Positions 10,740 through 21,522 of a stretch of DNA of 64,000 bases are shown piece by piece. Source of the DNA: Aquamicrobium sp. (GTDB lineage Bacteria; Pseudomonadota; Alphaproteobacteria; Rhizobiales; Rhizobiaceae). The DNA is taken from the NCBI RefSeq assembly GCF_023954335.1, contig NZ_JAMLIE010000005.1:30965-94964 (forward strand), written 5' to 3'. The position numbers and the translations under genes are program-made. The number at the start of each line of letters is the position of its first letter. The stretch's first letter is position 1. The notes beneath the pieces were generated by a model that saw only the letters and a list, made by a program, of their open reading frames with translations, was not told where the DNA came from and did no database searches.

Positions 10740-12371
10740 CTACCGCTCGCCCCGGTCGAAGGTGCCGGGGCCGGGCCCCTTCTTCTTCAGCTCGGTGCGG
10801 GCGATCTTCTCGGTCGGGGTCCGCGGCAGCGGCGCATCGACGATCTCGATGTAGCGCGGCACCATGTGCCGCGGCGCGTGGGCGCGGAAATGGGCGAGGA
10901 GGCCGGCGGCATCGACGGCCGAGCCCTCGCGCCGCATCGCCACGACCATGATGTCCTCCTCGGTGAACTCGGACGGCACGCCGAACGCCGCGCTCTCGAC
11001 GATGTCGGCATGGGCCTCGGCGACGTGCTCGACCTCGTAGGCCGAGATGTTCTCGCCGCGCCGGCGGATCGCCTCGTTGAGGCGGTGGCGGAAATGGAGC
11101 CAGCCGTCCTCGTCCATGAAGCCGGCATCGCCCGAGTGATACCAGAGGTTGCGCAGGGTCTGCACGGTGCGCGCCTCGTCGCCGTAATAGCCGGAGAACA
11201 TGGTCCAGCTCTTCCTCGGCCGGGCGACGATCTCGCCGACCGTGCCGGGCGGCAGCGGATTGTCGGCCTCGTCGACGACCGCCACCTCCCAGTCGGGATG
11301 GGGCCGCCCGCACGCGCCCGGCTTCGTCTCGTCGACGGTGTCGAGGGTGACAAAGCTGGTCTCGGTCTGGCCGTAGCCGGTGACGAGCCGCATGGCGAAG
11401 CGGCGCTCGAACGCCGCCTTGTCCGGCACCATGGGGATGCACTGGGCGACGCGCACGGGATTGCCGGCGTCGTCGGCGCACTCGGGCATCTTCATCAGGA
11501 TGGCGGCCATCGCGCCGAGGAGGTTGGTCGCCGTCGCGCCGCTGGCGCGGACCTCGCCCCAGAACCGGCTGGCGCTGAAGCGCTCGACCAGCGTCGCCCG
11601 CGTGCCGTGGATCAGCGGCAGGTAGACGCCGAACATCTGCGCGTCGGTGTGGAACAGCGGCAGCGGCGAGAAATAGCTGTCCGCGCCGGTGTAGCCGAGA
11701 TTCATCGCCATCGCCGCCGCCCAGGAATAGCAATGGTGATGCGACATCAGCGCGCCCTTGGCCGGCCCGGTCGTGCCCGAGGTGTAGAGGATCGCGATCG
11801 GGTGCGAGTAATGGACGTCGACCGGGTCGAGATCGGCGCGCGGCGACAGGCATTCGCCGAAGGCGACGACCCGGCCGACCCTCACGCCCGCCGCGCGCGC
11901 GTCGGCCGCATCGCCGTCGACCACGACGAGGGTGCGAAAAGAGGGAAGGCGCGCCTCGACCTTCGCGATCTCGTCCAGCACGCTCGCATGGGCGATGACG
12001 AGACCGGCGCCGCACTTGCCGATGTTATGGCAGAGGAAATCGCCCTTCAGCTCCGGGTTGATCGGCACCTCGATGGCGCCGAGCGCCGACAGCGCGAACC
12101 ACGACAGGACGCAATCCATGCCGTTGGGCAGGACCATCGCCACGCGGTCGAACTGGGCGACGCCGAGCGCGCGCAAGCCGTTGGCCAGACGGCTGGAGAG
12201 GGTGAACATCTCCTCGAAGCTCGCCGTGCGGCCGCATATGTCGATGAACGGCGCCGCGCCCAGCCGCTCGGCCTGAAGGCGCAGGATCTTCGGCAGAACC
12301 CGGTTGTCGATGTCGTCGTGCCCGCCGGGGACGAGCGGCACGGAGGGGATGTCGGCGAGGTCGATCCGCAC
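10740..12371 (-). CDS. ATP-dependent acyl-CoA ligase (CaiC-like)
   Basis: AMP-binding YTSGTTGPAKG, GYGQTE, WYHSGD, RRRGENISAYEVE, TPTEKI; GTG start 2 bp after the crotonase stop. Confidence 0.9.
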   Translation of the reverse strand: MRIDLADIPSVPLVPGGHDDIDNRVLPKILRLQAERLGAAPFIDICGRTASFEEMFTLSSRLANGLRALGVAQFDRVAMVLPNGMDCVLSWFALSALGAIEVPINPELKGDFLCHNIGKCGAGLVIAHASVLDEIAKVEARLPSFRTLVVVDGDAADARAAGVRVGRVVAFGECLSPRADLDPVDVHYSHPIAILYTSGTTGPAKGALMSHHHCYSWAAAMAMNLGYTGADSYFSPLPLFHTDAQMFGVYLPLIHGTRATLVERFSASRFWGEVRASGATATNLLGAMAAILMKMPECADDAGNPVRVAQCIPMVPDKAAFERRFAMRLVTGYGQTETSFVTLDTVDETKPGACGRPHPDWEVAVVDEADNPLPPGTVGEIVARPRKSWTMFSGYYGDEARTVQTLRNLWYHSGDAGFMDEDGWLHFRHRLNEAIRRRGENISAYEVEHVAEAHADIVESAAFGVPSEFTEEDIMVVAMRREGSAVDAAGLLAHFRAHAPRHMVPRYIEIVDAPLPRTPTEKIARTELKKKGPGPGTFDRGER

Positions 12372-12373
12372 GG

Positions 12374-13123
12374 TCAGAACTCTTTCGCCCGCGCCTGCGC
12401 CTCGGCCGAGAGGAAGCCGCGCACGGTCTGCGCCGTCTCGCGTTCCATCGCCTCGGCGAGGGAGGAGTGGAAGCCTTCGTTGATGGCGTGCTTGGCGGCG
12501 GCGACCGCCTCGGCGGGGCGCGTCGCGACGGCCTGTGCCAGCGCGCGGGCGCGCGCCAGCAACTCGCCCTCGGGAACCAGCTTCCAGGCGATGCCGAGCT
12601 CGAGCGCCCGTTGGGCATCCTGGCGCTCGCCGAGGATCAGCAGCTCCTTGGTCGTCTGCGGCCCGGCCTGCTTGGTCAGCAGCGCGGTGACGCCGCCGGT
12701 GACGAAGAAGCCGTAGCCGACCTCGGGGAAGAACCAGCGGGTAGTGTCGGCGAACAGCCGGAAATCGCAGTTGACGACCCATTCGAGCGCGCCGCCGACG
12801 CACCAGCCATGCACCGCGGCGATGACGATCTTGCGCGAGCCCATGATCTGGCGGGTGATGCCCTGGATGGCCTCGACCCAGTCCTGCGTCGCCGCCTCGG
12901 ATCCGGTTTGGGCGTCGAGGTCCTTCAGGTCGTCGCCGGAGCAGAACGCCCTGCCCTCGCCGTGCAGGACGATGGCGCGCACCGCCTCGTCCGCCTCGGC
13001 CGCGGCCAGCGCCGCGGAAAGATCGTCGACGAGCGCCCGGTTCATGGCGTTGAGCCGGTCCGGCCGGTTGAGCCTGAGCCAGGCGACGGCTCCCTCGGTC
13101 GTCGCGACGACTGTCCCGTTCAT
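12374..13123 (-). CDS. Enoyl-CoA hydratase/isomerase (crotonase)
   Basis: LNRPDRLNAMN, AFCSGDDL, GGALE and PE catalytic glutamates. Confidence 0.92.
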   Translation of the reverse strand: MNGTVVATTEGAVAWLRLNRPDRLNAMNRALVDDLSAALAAAEADEAVRAIVLHGEGRAFCSGDDLKDLDAQTGSEAATQDWVEAIQGITRQIMGSRKIVIAAVHGWCVGGALEWVVNCDFRLFADTTRWFFPEVGYGFFVTGGVTALLTKQAGPQTTKELLILGERQDAQRALELGIAWKLVPEGELLARARALAQAVATRPAEAVAAAKHAINEGFHSSLAEAMERETAQTVRGFLSAEAQARAKEF

Positions 13124-13133
13124 GAATGTCTCC

Positions 13134-14852
13134 TCATACGATCAGCGGTTCGCTGTAGCTGCCCCAGACCTCGCGCAGCGCGCCGCAGATCTCGCCGAGC
13201 GTCGCCCTCGCCTTGACCAGCTCGATGGTCTTGGGGACGAGGTTGACGTCCTCGGTGCGGGCCTGCGCCGCCAGCTCCTGCAAAAGTGCCTCGACGCGGG
13301 CGTTGTCGCGGGCAGCGCGCAGCGCGGCGAGCCGGTCGACCTGCAACTGGGTGCAGCTCTCGTCATAGGGGTGGATGTCGACCTCGGCCGCGCTGCTCGC
13401 GGCGTCGACATGGTGGTTGACGCCGACCGAGATCTTCTCGCCGCTGTCGAACTTCCTGAAGGTGTCGTAGGCGGAATCGGCCAGCTTCTGCTGGAACCAG
13501 CCCTCCTCGACCAGCTTGACCGCGCCGCCGCGCTCCTCGACCTCGTTGAGCACCTTCCACATCTCGGCCTCCATGTCCGAGGTCAGGCGCTCGACGAAAT
13601 AGGAGCCGCCGAGCGGGTCGACCACGGAGGTGACGTTGATCTCGTCGCGGATGATCTGCTGGGTGCGGATGGCGAGCTTCATCGCCTCCTCGGTCGGGAT
13701 GGCGAAGGCCTCGTCGAGGCCGTTGGTGTGCATGCTCTGGCAGCCGCCGAGCACGGCGCCCAGCGCCTGGATCGCTGTGCGCATCAGGTTGTTGTGCGGC
13801 TCGATCTTGGTCAGGCTCATCGCGGCGGTCTGGACGTGGACGCGCAGCCGCATCGATTCCGGCTTCTTCGCCCCGAAGCGCTCGGCCATGATCTTCGCGT
13901 AGATGCGCCGCGCCGCACGGAACTTGCAGATCTGCTCGAAGAAGTCCTGATGGCTGATGAAGAAGAAGGAGAGGCGCGGCGCGAAGTCGTCGATATCCAT
14001 CCCGGCGGCGACGACCTCCTCGCAATAGGCGATGGTGAAGGCCATGATGAAGGCGACTTCCTGGATGGCGTTGCCGCCGACGTCCGACAGGTGGTAGCCG
14101 CTCAGGCTGATCGGGTTCATCTTCGGCGTCGCCGCCGCGCTGTGGACGATGAGGTCGCGTAAGAGGCGCACCGCCGGCCGCACCGGATAGATCCACTCCT
14201 TCTGGGCGACATATTCCTTCAGCGGGTCGGCCTGGAGCGTACCCGTCAGCTTGGCGAGATCGTAGCCGCGCTGCTCGGCGACGGCGACGAACATCGAATA
14301 GACGACCCAGGCGGAGGGGTTGATGGTCAGCGACACCGAGATCTTCTCGAGGTCGATGCCGTCGAACAGCCGGTCGACATCGTCGATGGTGTCGATGGCG
14401 ACGCCGCAGCGCCCGACCTCGCCGAAGGCCATCGGGTCGTCGGAATCGAAGCCGAGCAGGGTCGGCAGGTCGAAATCGGTCGAAAGCCCGGTCTGGCCGG
14501 TGGCGATCATGTATTTGTAGCGCTGGTTGGTGGCCTCCGGGTTGCCGAAGCCGGCGACCTGTCGGATCGTCCACGGCCGGCCGCGATACATCGTCGGATA
14601 GGCCCCGCGCGTGAACGGGTAGGCGCCGGGAAAGCCGAGGTCCTCGCCCGGGATGTCGGCGACATCGGCGGCGGTGTAGACGCGCTTCAAGGGGATGCCG
14701 CTCTCGGTCTCGTAGACGGGCTTCTCCTCGGGCCGCGCCTTCAGCGTCGCGGCGAGCTCGCGCTCCTCCCACTCGGCCTGCCGGGCGCGGATGTCCGCGA
14801 TGGCCTCGTCGCGGTAAAGTTTCATCGTTGTGGCCTCCGCCTCGTCCGTCAT
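13134..14852 (-). CDS. B12-dependent acyl-CoA mutase, large subunit, 2-hydroxyisobutyryl-CoA mutase (HcmA)-like
   Basis: YPTMYRGRPWTIRQVAGFG, GQTGLSTDFDLPT, TINPSAW, QADPLKEYVAQKEW, SGYH, HTNGLDEA. Lacks the MCM Tyr/Arg specificity pair. Confidence 0.88.
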   Translation of the reverse strand: MTDEAEATTMKLYRDEAIADIRARQAEWEERELAATLKARPEEKPVYETESGIPLKRVYTAADVADIPGEDLGFPGAYPFTRGAYPTMYRGRPWTIRQVAGFGNPEATNQRYKYMIATGQTGLSTDFDLPTLLGFDSDDPMAFGEVGRCGVAIDTIDDVDRLFDGIDLEKISVSLTINPSAWVVYSMFVAVAEQRGYDLAKLTGTLQADPLKEYVAQKEWIYPVRPAVRLLRDLIVHSAAATPKMNPISLSGYHLSDVGGNAIQEVAFIMAFTIAYCEEVVAAGMDIDDFAPRLSFFFISHQDFFEQICKFRAARRIYAKIMAERFGAKKPESMRLRVHVQTAAMSLTKIEPHNNLMRTAIQALGAVLGGCQSMHTNGLDEAFAIPTEEAMKLAIRTQQIIRDEINVTSVVDPLGGSYFVERLTSDMEAEMWKVLNEVEERGGAVKLVEEGWFQQKLADSAYDTFRKFDSGEKISVGVNHHVDAASSAAEVDIHPYDESCTQLQVDRLAALRAARDNARVEALLQELAAQARTEDVNLVPKTIELVKARATLGEICGALREVWGSYSEPLIV

Positions 14853-15313
14853 CGGTTGCCGCGATCCGCGATCAGATTGGTGATCGTCTCGACGATCAGC
14901 TCCGAGCGCGCCTCCTGCGGCACGATGACGTCGACGCCGGCATCGTAGAGCGCCTCGTAGTCCTGCTCGGGGATGACGCCGCCGGCGACGACGAAGATGT
15001 GGCCCGCATCCTTCTCCTGGAGGGCCTTGCCCAGCTCCTGGAACAACGGCACATGCGAGCCCGACAGGAGGCTGACGCCGATCACGTCGACATTCTCATC
15101 GAGCGCGGCATCGACCACCTGCGCCGGCGTCTTGTAGAGGCCGGTATAGAGCACGCTCATGCCGGCATCGCGCAGCACGCGGGCCACCACCTTGGCGCCG
15201 CGATCGTGGCCGTCCAGCCCCATCTTGGCGACCAGAACCTTGACCGTGCCCTCCGGCTTTCCTTCCCTCACCGCCGCGACGGCGGCCTCTCCCTGCGTTC
15301 CAGTGTCGCTCAT
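14849..15313 (-). CDS. Cobalamin-binding small subunit of acyl-CoA mutase
   Basis: AKMGLDGHDRG (DxHxxG), IGVSLLSGSH, AGGVIP; ATGA overlap with the large subunit. Confidence 0.92.
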   Translation of the reverse strand: MSDTGTQGEAAVAAVREGKPEGTVKVLVAKMGLDGHDRGAKVVARVLRDAGMSVLYTGLYKTPAQVVDAALDENVDVIGVSLLSGSHVPLFQELGKALQEKDAGHIFVVAGGVIPEQDYEALYDAGVDVIVPQEARSELIVETITNLIADRGNR

Positions 15314-15351
15314 CTACGCTCGCACCCTGAAAGTCGTGGCTTACGCCGCCG

Positions 15352-16680
<1,329 letters not shown>

Positions 16681-16748
16681 TCACATCTTTCGCAGAAGCG
16701 TAGGGCTTGATGCGAAGTTAGTAAAATTGATAATGTTCGGCTCAAGGT

Positions 16749-16763
16749 ATCAATGGAACTGAT
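16749..16763. promoter_or_regulatory. LTTR recognition box
   Basis: ATCA-ATGGAAC-TGAT (T-N11-A with dyad symmetry) directly before the LysR ATG, in the dgdA divergent region. Confidence 0.6.
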
Positions 16764-17621
16764 ATGAAGACGCCCCTCGACCTGCGCCTGCTGGCGACTT
16801 TCGTGCAGGTGGCCCGCTCCGGCTCGATCAGCGCGGCGGCGCTTCAGGTCGGCCGCACCCAGTCGGCGGTGACGATGCAGATGCAGAAGCTGGAGCAGCT
16901 GTGCGGCCAGGGCCTGCTGCACCGCGGCGGCACCGGCGTGCGGCTGACCAGCGGCGGCGAGCGGCTGCTCGACTATGCCGAGCGCATGCTGAGCATCCAC
17001 GACGAGGCTGTCTCGGCCTTCTCCAGCGACGGCCTGCGCGGCACCATCGTCTACGGCAGCCCCGAGGACTACCTGATCGCCTTCTTCCCGACCCTCCTGA
17101 AGAGCTTCGGCCGCATGCACCCCGATGTCGAGATCAGGGTTGTCGCCGCGCCGACCGACCAGTTGCGCAAGCTGCTGCACCTGAAGCAGATCGACGTCGG
17201 GCTGGTCTCGGTCCCCACCTGGACCGAGGCCGACGACATCGTCCGCACCGAGCCGCTGGTGTGGGTCGGCTGGCAGCCGACGCTGGCGCTGCACAATTTC
17301 GGCGCTGTGCTGCCGCTGGCGCTGTCGGCCTCCAACACCATGGACCACAAGGCCGCCTGCGACGCGATGGCCCGCGCCGGGCTGCGCTACCGGATCTCGC
17401 AGGCCAGCAACAGCCTCGCCGGGCTGATCGGCGTCACCCGCTCGGGCCTCGCCATCTCGGTGATGACGGAAAAGGCGGTGCCGCCGGACCTGCACATCCT
17501 CGGCGCGCCCCTGCCGCCGCTGCCCAGCCTCGGCGTCGAGATCGCCTATCCCGAGGTCGAGCCCTCGGCCGCGACGCGCGCCTTCGGCAACCATATCCGC
17601 CAGCTCCTGCCCTCGCTCTAA
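16764..17621 (+). CDS. LysR regulator divergent from dgdA (DgdR-like)
   Basis: HTH LDLRLLATFV...GRTQSAVTMQMQKLE; the arrangement matches the known dgdR/dgdA pair. Confidence 0.88.
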   Translation: MKTPLDLRLLATFVQVARSGSISAAALQVGRTQSAVTMQMQKLEQLCGQGLLHRGGTGVRLTSGGERLLDYAERMLSIHDEAVSAFSSDGLRGTIVYGSPEDYLIAFFPTLLKSFGRMHPDVEIRVVAAPTDQLRKLLHLKQIDVGLVSVPTWTEADDIVRTEPLVWVGWQPTLALHNFGAVLPLALSASNTMDHKAACDAMARAGLRYRISQASNSLAGLIGVTRSGLAISVMTEKAVPPDLHILGAPLPPLPSLGVEIAYPEVEPSAATRAFGNHIRQLLPSL

Positions 17622-17714
17622 GGCAGCCGCGTCGTATTTGCGGACGCAAACGCGCAACGGTGCTATGCTGGCGGGATGCATCGCGGCCGGTGTGGCCGAC
17701 GGAGGGCAGCGCGG

Positions 17715-18320
17715 ATGGCGGTTCGGGGCCGATGGAATGCCGTATCGGGGCTTGCCGCGCTGCTGTGCCTCGCCCCCGTCGCGGCCGCCGCCGCCGAGAT
17801 CGAGGCCTGCACGATCTCCGCCTGGTCGACCGATCCCGACCCCAACGGGCTCAACGTCCGCGCCGCGCCGACGGCCGACGCGCCGGTCATCGGCAACCTT
17901 CCGGCGGCGCGGGAGGTCGGCGGCGAGCGCTTCGCCACCGAGGTGTCGATCACCGGCTCGCACGACGGCTGGCTGCGCATCTCGGAAGGCTGGGTGCTCG
18001 ACTATATCTTCGACGAGCCGATCGACTTCGTCTTCCGGGGCGAGGGCTGGGTGTCGGGCCGCCATATCGGGCTGCGGCTCAACCACCGGCACCTGCATGC
18101 CGGCCCCTCGAACGACGACGCCGTGGTGGCGACGCTCATCGGCAGCCTCGACCGCGGCCGCTACGGGCCGGATTCGATCCTCGTCGAGCGCATCCACGCC
18201 TGCCGGGGCGACTGGGTCGAGGTCGAGGGGGTGCTGACGATCGACGGGGTTTCGACCGGCCCCCGTCTGCGTGGCTGGACCGCCGGCACCTGCTCCAACC
18301 AGGTGACGACCTGCCCCTGA
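17715..18320 (+). CDS. Exported protein with two SH3-like domains
   Basis: GGAGGG RBS, signal peptide, DPNGLNVRAAPT...GWLRI...GWV; second repeat ending LRGWTAGTCSNQVTTCP; four Cys in the mature part. Confidence 0.75.
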   Translation: MAVRGRWNAVSGLAALLCLAPVAAAAAEIEACTISAWSTDPDPNGLNVRAAPTADAPVIGNLPAAREVGGERFATEVSITGSHDGWLRISEGWVLDYIFDEPIDFVFRGEGWVSGRHIGLRLNHRHLHAGPSNDDAVVATLIGSLDRGRYGPDSILVERIHACRGDWVEVEGVLTIDGVSTGPRLRGWTAGTCSNQVTTCP

Positions 18321-18351
18321 GGCGGCAGGCAGCGCGAAACTGAGGAGTTGC

Positions 18352-19173
18352 ATGATGGCCATTCCGGTGCGCGCGGCCGCGGCCGCCCTTGCATTGCTGC
18401 TCGCCGCCGCCGGCGGCAGCCTCGGCGAGCCGGTCTCCCGTCCCGAACCCGCCGATCCGCTGCCATGGGCAGCCGAGCGCACCTATGCCGACCTCGTCCG
18501 GCTCGTCCTGCCCGGGGACGGGACAGCGGATTTCCGGCATATCGGCGGCGAGGACATGGCCAACCCCCTGCCCGCGCCCGTCGGGCCGGTGCGGATCGCG
18601 GCCGTGCCGCTGGGGCCCGGCGGTGCGCAGCGGCTGGCGCTGCTGCTCGACCCCGGCCCAGTGGAGGACGCGGCCATGGCCCCCGCCATCCTCGCCCTCT
18701 TCGACATGGCGGGCGAGCCGCGGCTCGTCGATGCCGCCGATGTCGGCTTCGACCGGTTCACCGGCTTCGCCGAACCGGCCCGGCTGCCGCTCGGCGGCAA
18801 CGATCTCCTGATCACCAGCAGCGTCCACTGGAACTCCGGCCAGAGCTACGCGGCGACGGCGCTGATCCTCGTGCGCGGCGACCGGCTCGAGCTGGTCGAC
18901 ACCATCTTCACGCTCGACGAGCGCACCTGTGCCTACGAGCGGACGCAGCGGCTCGCGGTCCGGTCCGGCGCGGAAGGCCCCTTCCCCGACATCGCGGCGA
19001 GCGTGACCGAGCTGACCGCCGCGACCGGCGCGGACTGCGGCGATGCCGCCGTCCCGGAACCGGGAACGCGCACCATCGCCGCGACGTGGCGCTGGGACGA
19101 CGACGCCCGGCGCTACATCCCCGATTCCGACGCGTTCGACGCGCTGGCGCGGGAAAACGAGACGCGGTTCTGA
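18352..19173 (+). CDS. Exported hypothetical protein
   Basis: GAGGAG RBS, signal peptide, host-like codon usage, no family recognised. Confidence 0.75.
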   Translation: MMAIPVRAAAAALALLLAAAGGSLGEPVSRPEPADPLPWAAERTYADLVRLVLPGDGTADFRHIGGEDMANPLPAPVGPVRIAAVPLGPGGAQRLALLLDPGPVEDAAMAPAILALFDMAGEPRLVDAADVGFDRFTGFAEPARLPLGGNDLLITSSVHWNSGQSYAATALILVRGDRLELVDTIFTLDERTCAYERTQRLAVRSGAEGPFPDIAASVTELTAATGADCGDAAVPEPGTRTIAATWRWDDDARRYIPDSDAFDALARENETRF

Positions 19174-19477
19174 CGGCAGGCGAGGCGGCATCCGGCCGCC
19201 GGGCGGGCCATCAATGCGATGTGCTGTGCTGGATTCGACATCGCTGTCGCAAATAGGCTTTCAGCGGCGCGGGAAAAATCGGAAAGTACCCTCAGGGGCT
19301 TTCCGGGGACGCGTCCGGAAGCCGGAACCTTCGGTGCCCGCAGGCACGGACGAGACCGGGAGGAAAAACGAGGACGACGCTGCGCACTTCAATGCACGAC
19401 CGCATGCCGGTCCCGGCATGCGGCAAAGGAGCCACAAACGGCTTCCAGAACAACAGCGAAGAAGAGGGAAACGAACA

Positions 19478-20479
19478 ATGAAGACATATCTCGCATCGAC
19501 CTGCCTGGCCGCGGGGCTTCTGGCGGCGCTTGGCACGGCCGCGCATGCCGAGTGCGGCGACGTCACCATTGCCAGCATGAACTGGCAGAGCGCCGAGGTG
19601 CTGGCGAGCCTCGACCAGTTCATCCTCAACAACGGCTATGGCTGCAACGCCTCGATCATCAGCGGCGACACGGTGCCGACCATCACCTCGATGGTCGAGC
19701 GCGGCGACCCCGATCTCGCGCCCGAGGGCTGGGTCGACCTCGTGCCCGAGGTCGTCGGCCGCGGCATCGAGGAAGGCCGCATCGTCGGCGCTGCCGTCGC
19801 GATCTCGGACGGCGCGGTGCAGGGCTGGTGGATCCCCAAATACGTCGCCGACGCCAACCCCGACATCAAGACCATCGACGACGCGCTGAAGCGGCCCGAC
19901 CTGTTCCCCGACCCGGAGGACCCGAGCAAGGGCGCGGTCCACAACGGCCCGGCCGGCTGGGGCGGCACGGTCGTCACCGGCCAGCTCTACAAGGCCTACG
20001 GGGCCGAGGCGGCGGGCTTCCGCCTCGTCGACACCGGCTCGGCGGCCGGCCTCGACGGCTCGATCGCCCGCGCCTACGAGCGCAAGGAAGGCTGGGTCGG
20101 CTACTACTGGTCGCCGACCGCGCTGCTCGGCCGCTACGAGATGGTCAAGCTCGAGCACGGCGTGCCGCTCAACGAGGAGGAATGGCACCGCTGCAACACG
20201 GTGGCCGACTGCCCGGACCCGCAGAAGAACGACTGGCCGGCCGACACGGTGCAGACGCTGGTGACGGCGAGCTTCGCCGAGCGCGCCGGCGAGGACGTGA
20301 TGGCCTATCTCAACAAGCGGGCCTGGGAGAGCGGCACCGTCAACGCGCTGATGGCGTGGATGACCGACAGCCAGGCCACTGGCGAGGACGGCGCGAAGCA
20401 CTTCCTCCAGAACAACGAGGACATCTGGAAGGAGTGGGTCTCGCCCGAGGCGGCCGAGAAGATCAAGGCGGCGCTCTGA
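19478..20479 (+). CDS. Glycine betaine/proline-betaine-type ABC substrate-binding protein (ProX/OpuAC family)
   Basis: Signal peptide, ASMNWQSAE, PEGW, GWWIP, PAGWG, GYYWSPT. Confidence 0.88.
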   Translation: MKTYLASTCLAAGLLAALGTAAHAECGDVTIASMNWQSAEVLASLDQFILNNGYGCNASIISGDTVPTITSMVERGDPDLAPEGWVDLVPEVVGRGIEEGRIVGAAVAISDGAVQGWWIPKYVADANPDIKTIDDALKRPDLFPDPEDPSKGAVHNGPAGWGGTVVTGQLYKAYGAEAAGFRLVDTGSAAGLDGSIARAYERKEGWVGYYWSPTALLGRYEMVKLEHGVPLNEEEWHRCNTVADCPDPQKNDWPADTVQTLVTASFAERAGEDVMAYLNKRAWESGTVNALMAWMTDSQATGEDGAKHFLQNNEDIWKEWVSPEAAEKIKAAL

Positions 20480-20634
20480 CGTCCGCCTTTCGGCAGGGGG
20501 CATCGAGGTGTCCGGGGCCGGTCTGAACGACCGGCCTTCCGGGCGCTTCGTCTTGCGCCGATCCGGACGCGCCGGCCGCGCGGGCCGGCGGCAAACGACA
20601 AGAAGCCGCATCGAGGCGGAACAAGGGGATCGCT

Positions 20635-21522
20635 ATGGACTGGTTCTGGTCATTTCCGCACATGGACGACGCCACGCTGCGCGAACTGAGGCGGGCGATC
20701 GACGACGGCTTCCGCACCTTCACGCGCGCCTGGGGCGGCACGATCGAGGGCTTCTTCGAGCCGCTGCGCCAGTTCCTGATCCATGCCGAGCGGCTGATGC
20801 TCAACACGCCGTGGCCGGTCGTCATCCTCGCCATCGCCGCCATCGCCTGGTTCGCCAGCCGCAGCTGGAAGATCGTTCTCGGCAGCGTGCTGACGCTGCT
20901 GGTCATCGGCTATTTCGACATGTGGGAAGACACGATGCGCACCGTGTCGATGATCTTCGTCTGCACCGTTGTCGCCATCGCGCTCGGCATCCCCATCGGC
21001 ATCCTGATGTCGCGCTCGGACCGGGCGCAGGGCATCGTCAACCCGGTGCTCGACGTGATGCAGACCATGCCGAGCTTCGTCTACCTCATCCCCGTGGTGA
21101 TGCTGCTCGGCATCGGCCGCGTGCCGGGCGTGATCGCGGTCGTCATCTACGCCATCCCCCCGATCATCCGGCTGACCAACCTCGGCATAAGGCTGGTCGA
21201 CAAGGACGTCCTGGAGGCGGCCGACGCCTTCGGCTCGTCGGGCTGGCAGAAGCTGAAGAACGTCCAGATGCCGCTGGCGCTGCCGACCATCATGGCCGGC
21301 ATCAACCAGACGATCATGATGGCGCTTGCCATGGTGGTCATCGCCTCGATGATCGGCGTGCAGGGGCTGGGCCAGCCGGTGCTGCGCGCCATCAACAACC
21401 AGTACTTCACCATGGGTGTCTTCAACGGCCTCGCCATCGTCGGCATCGCCATCATCTTCGACCGCGTCAGCCAGGCCTACGGCCGGCGCCTGCAGAAGCA
21501 TCTGGAGATCGTCCATGGCTAA
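20635..21522 (+). CDS. proW: Glycine betaine-type ABC permease
   Basis: LDVMQTMPSFVYLIP, EAADAFG, GINQTIMMALAMVVIASMIG. Confidence 0.9.
   Translation: MDWFWSFPHMDDATLRELRRAIDDGFRTFTRAWGGTIEGFFEPLRQFLIHAERLMLNTPWPVVILAIAAIAWFASRSWKIVLGSVLTLLVIGYFDMWEDTMRTVSMIFVCTVVAIALGIPIGILMSRSDRAQGIVNPVLDVMQTMPSFVYLIPVVMLLGIGRVPGVIAVVIYAIPPIIRLTNLGIRLVDKDVLEAADAFGSSGWQKLKNVQMPLALPTIMAGINQTIMMALAMVVIASMIGVQGLGQPVLRAINNQYFTMGVFNGLAIVGIAIIFDRVSQAYGRRLQKHLEIVHG

Noticed and set aside
13134-14852. Annotation as ordinary methylmalonyl-CoA mutase
   Set aside because: It lacks the Tyr and Arg that define MCM (RQV, AQK) and has a split two-subunit organisation.
19280-19440. Glycine riboswitch (CTCAGG word)
   Set aside because: The other conserved elements and the tandem aptamer layout are absent.
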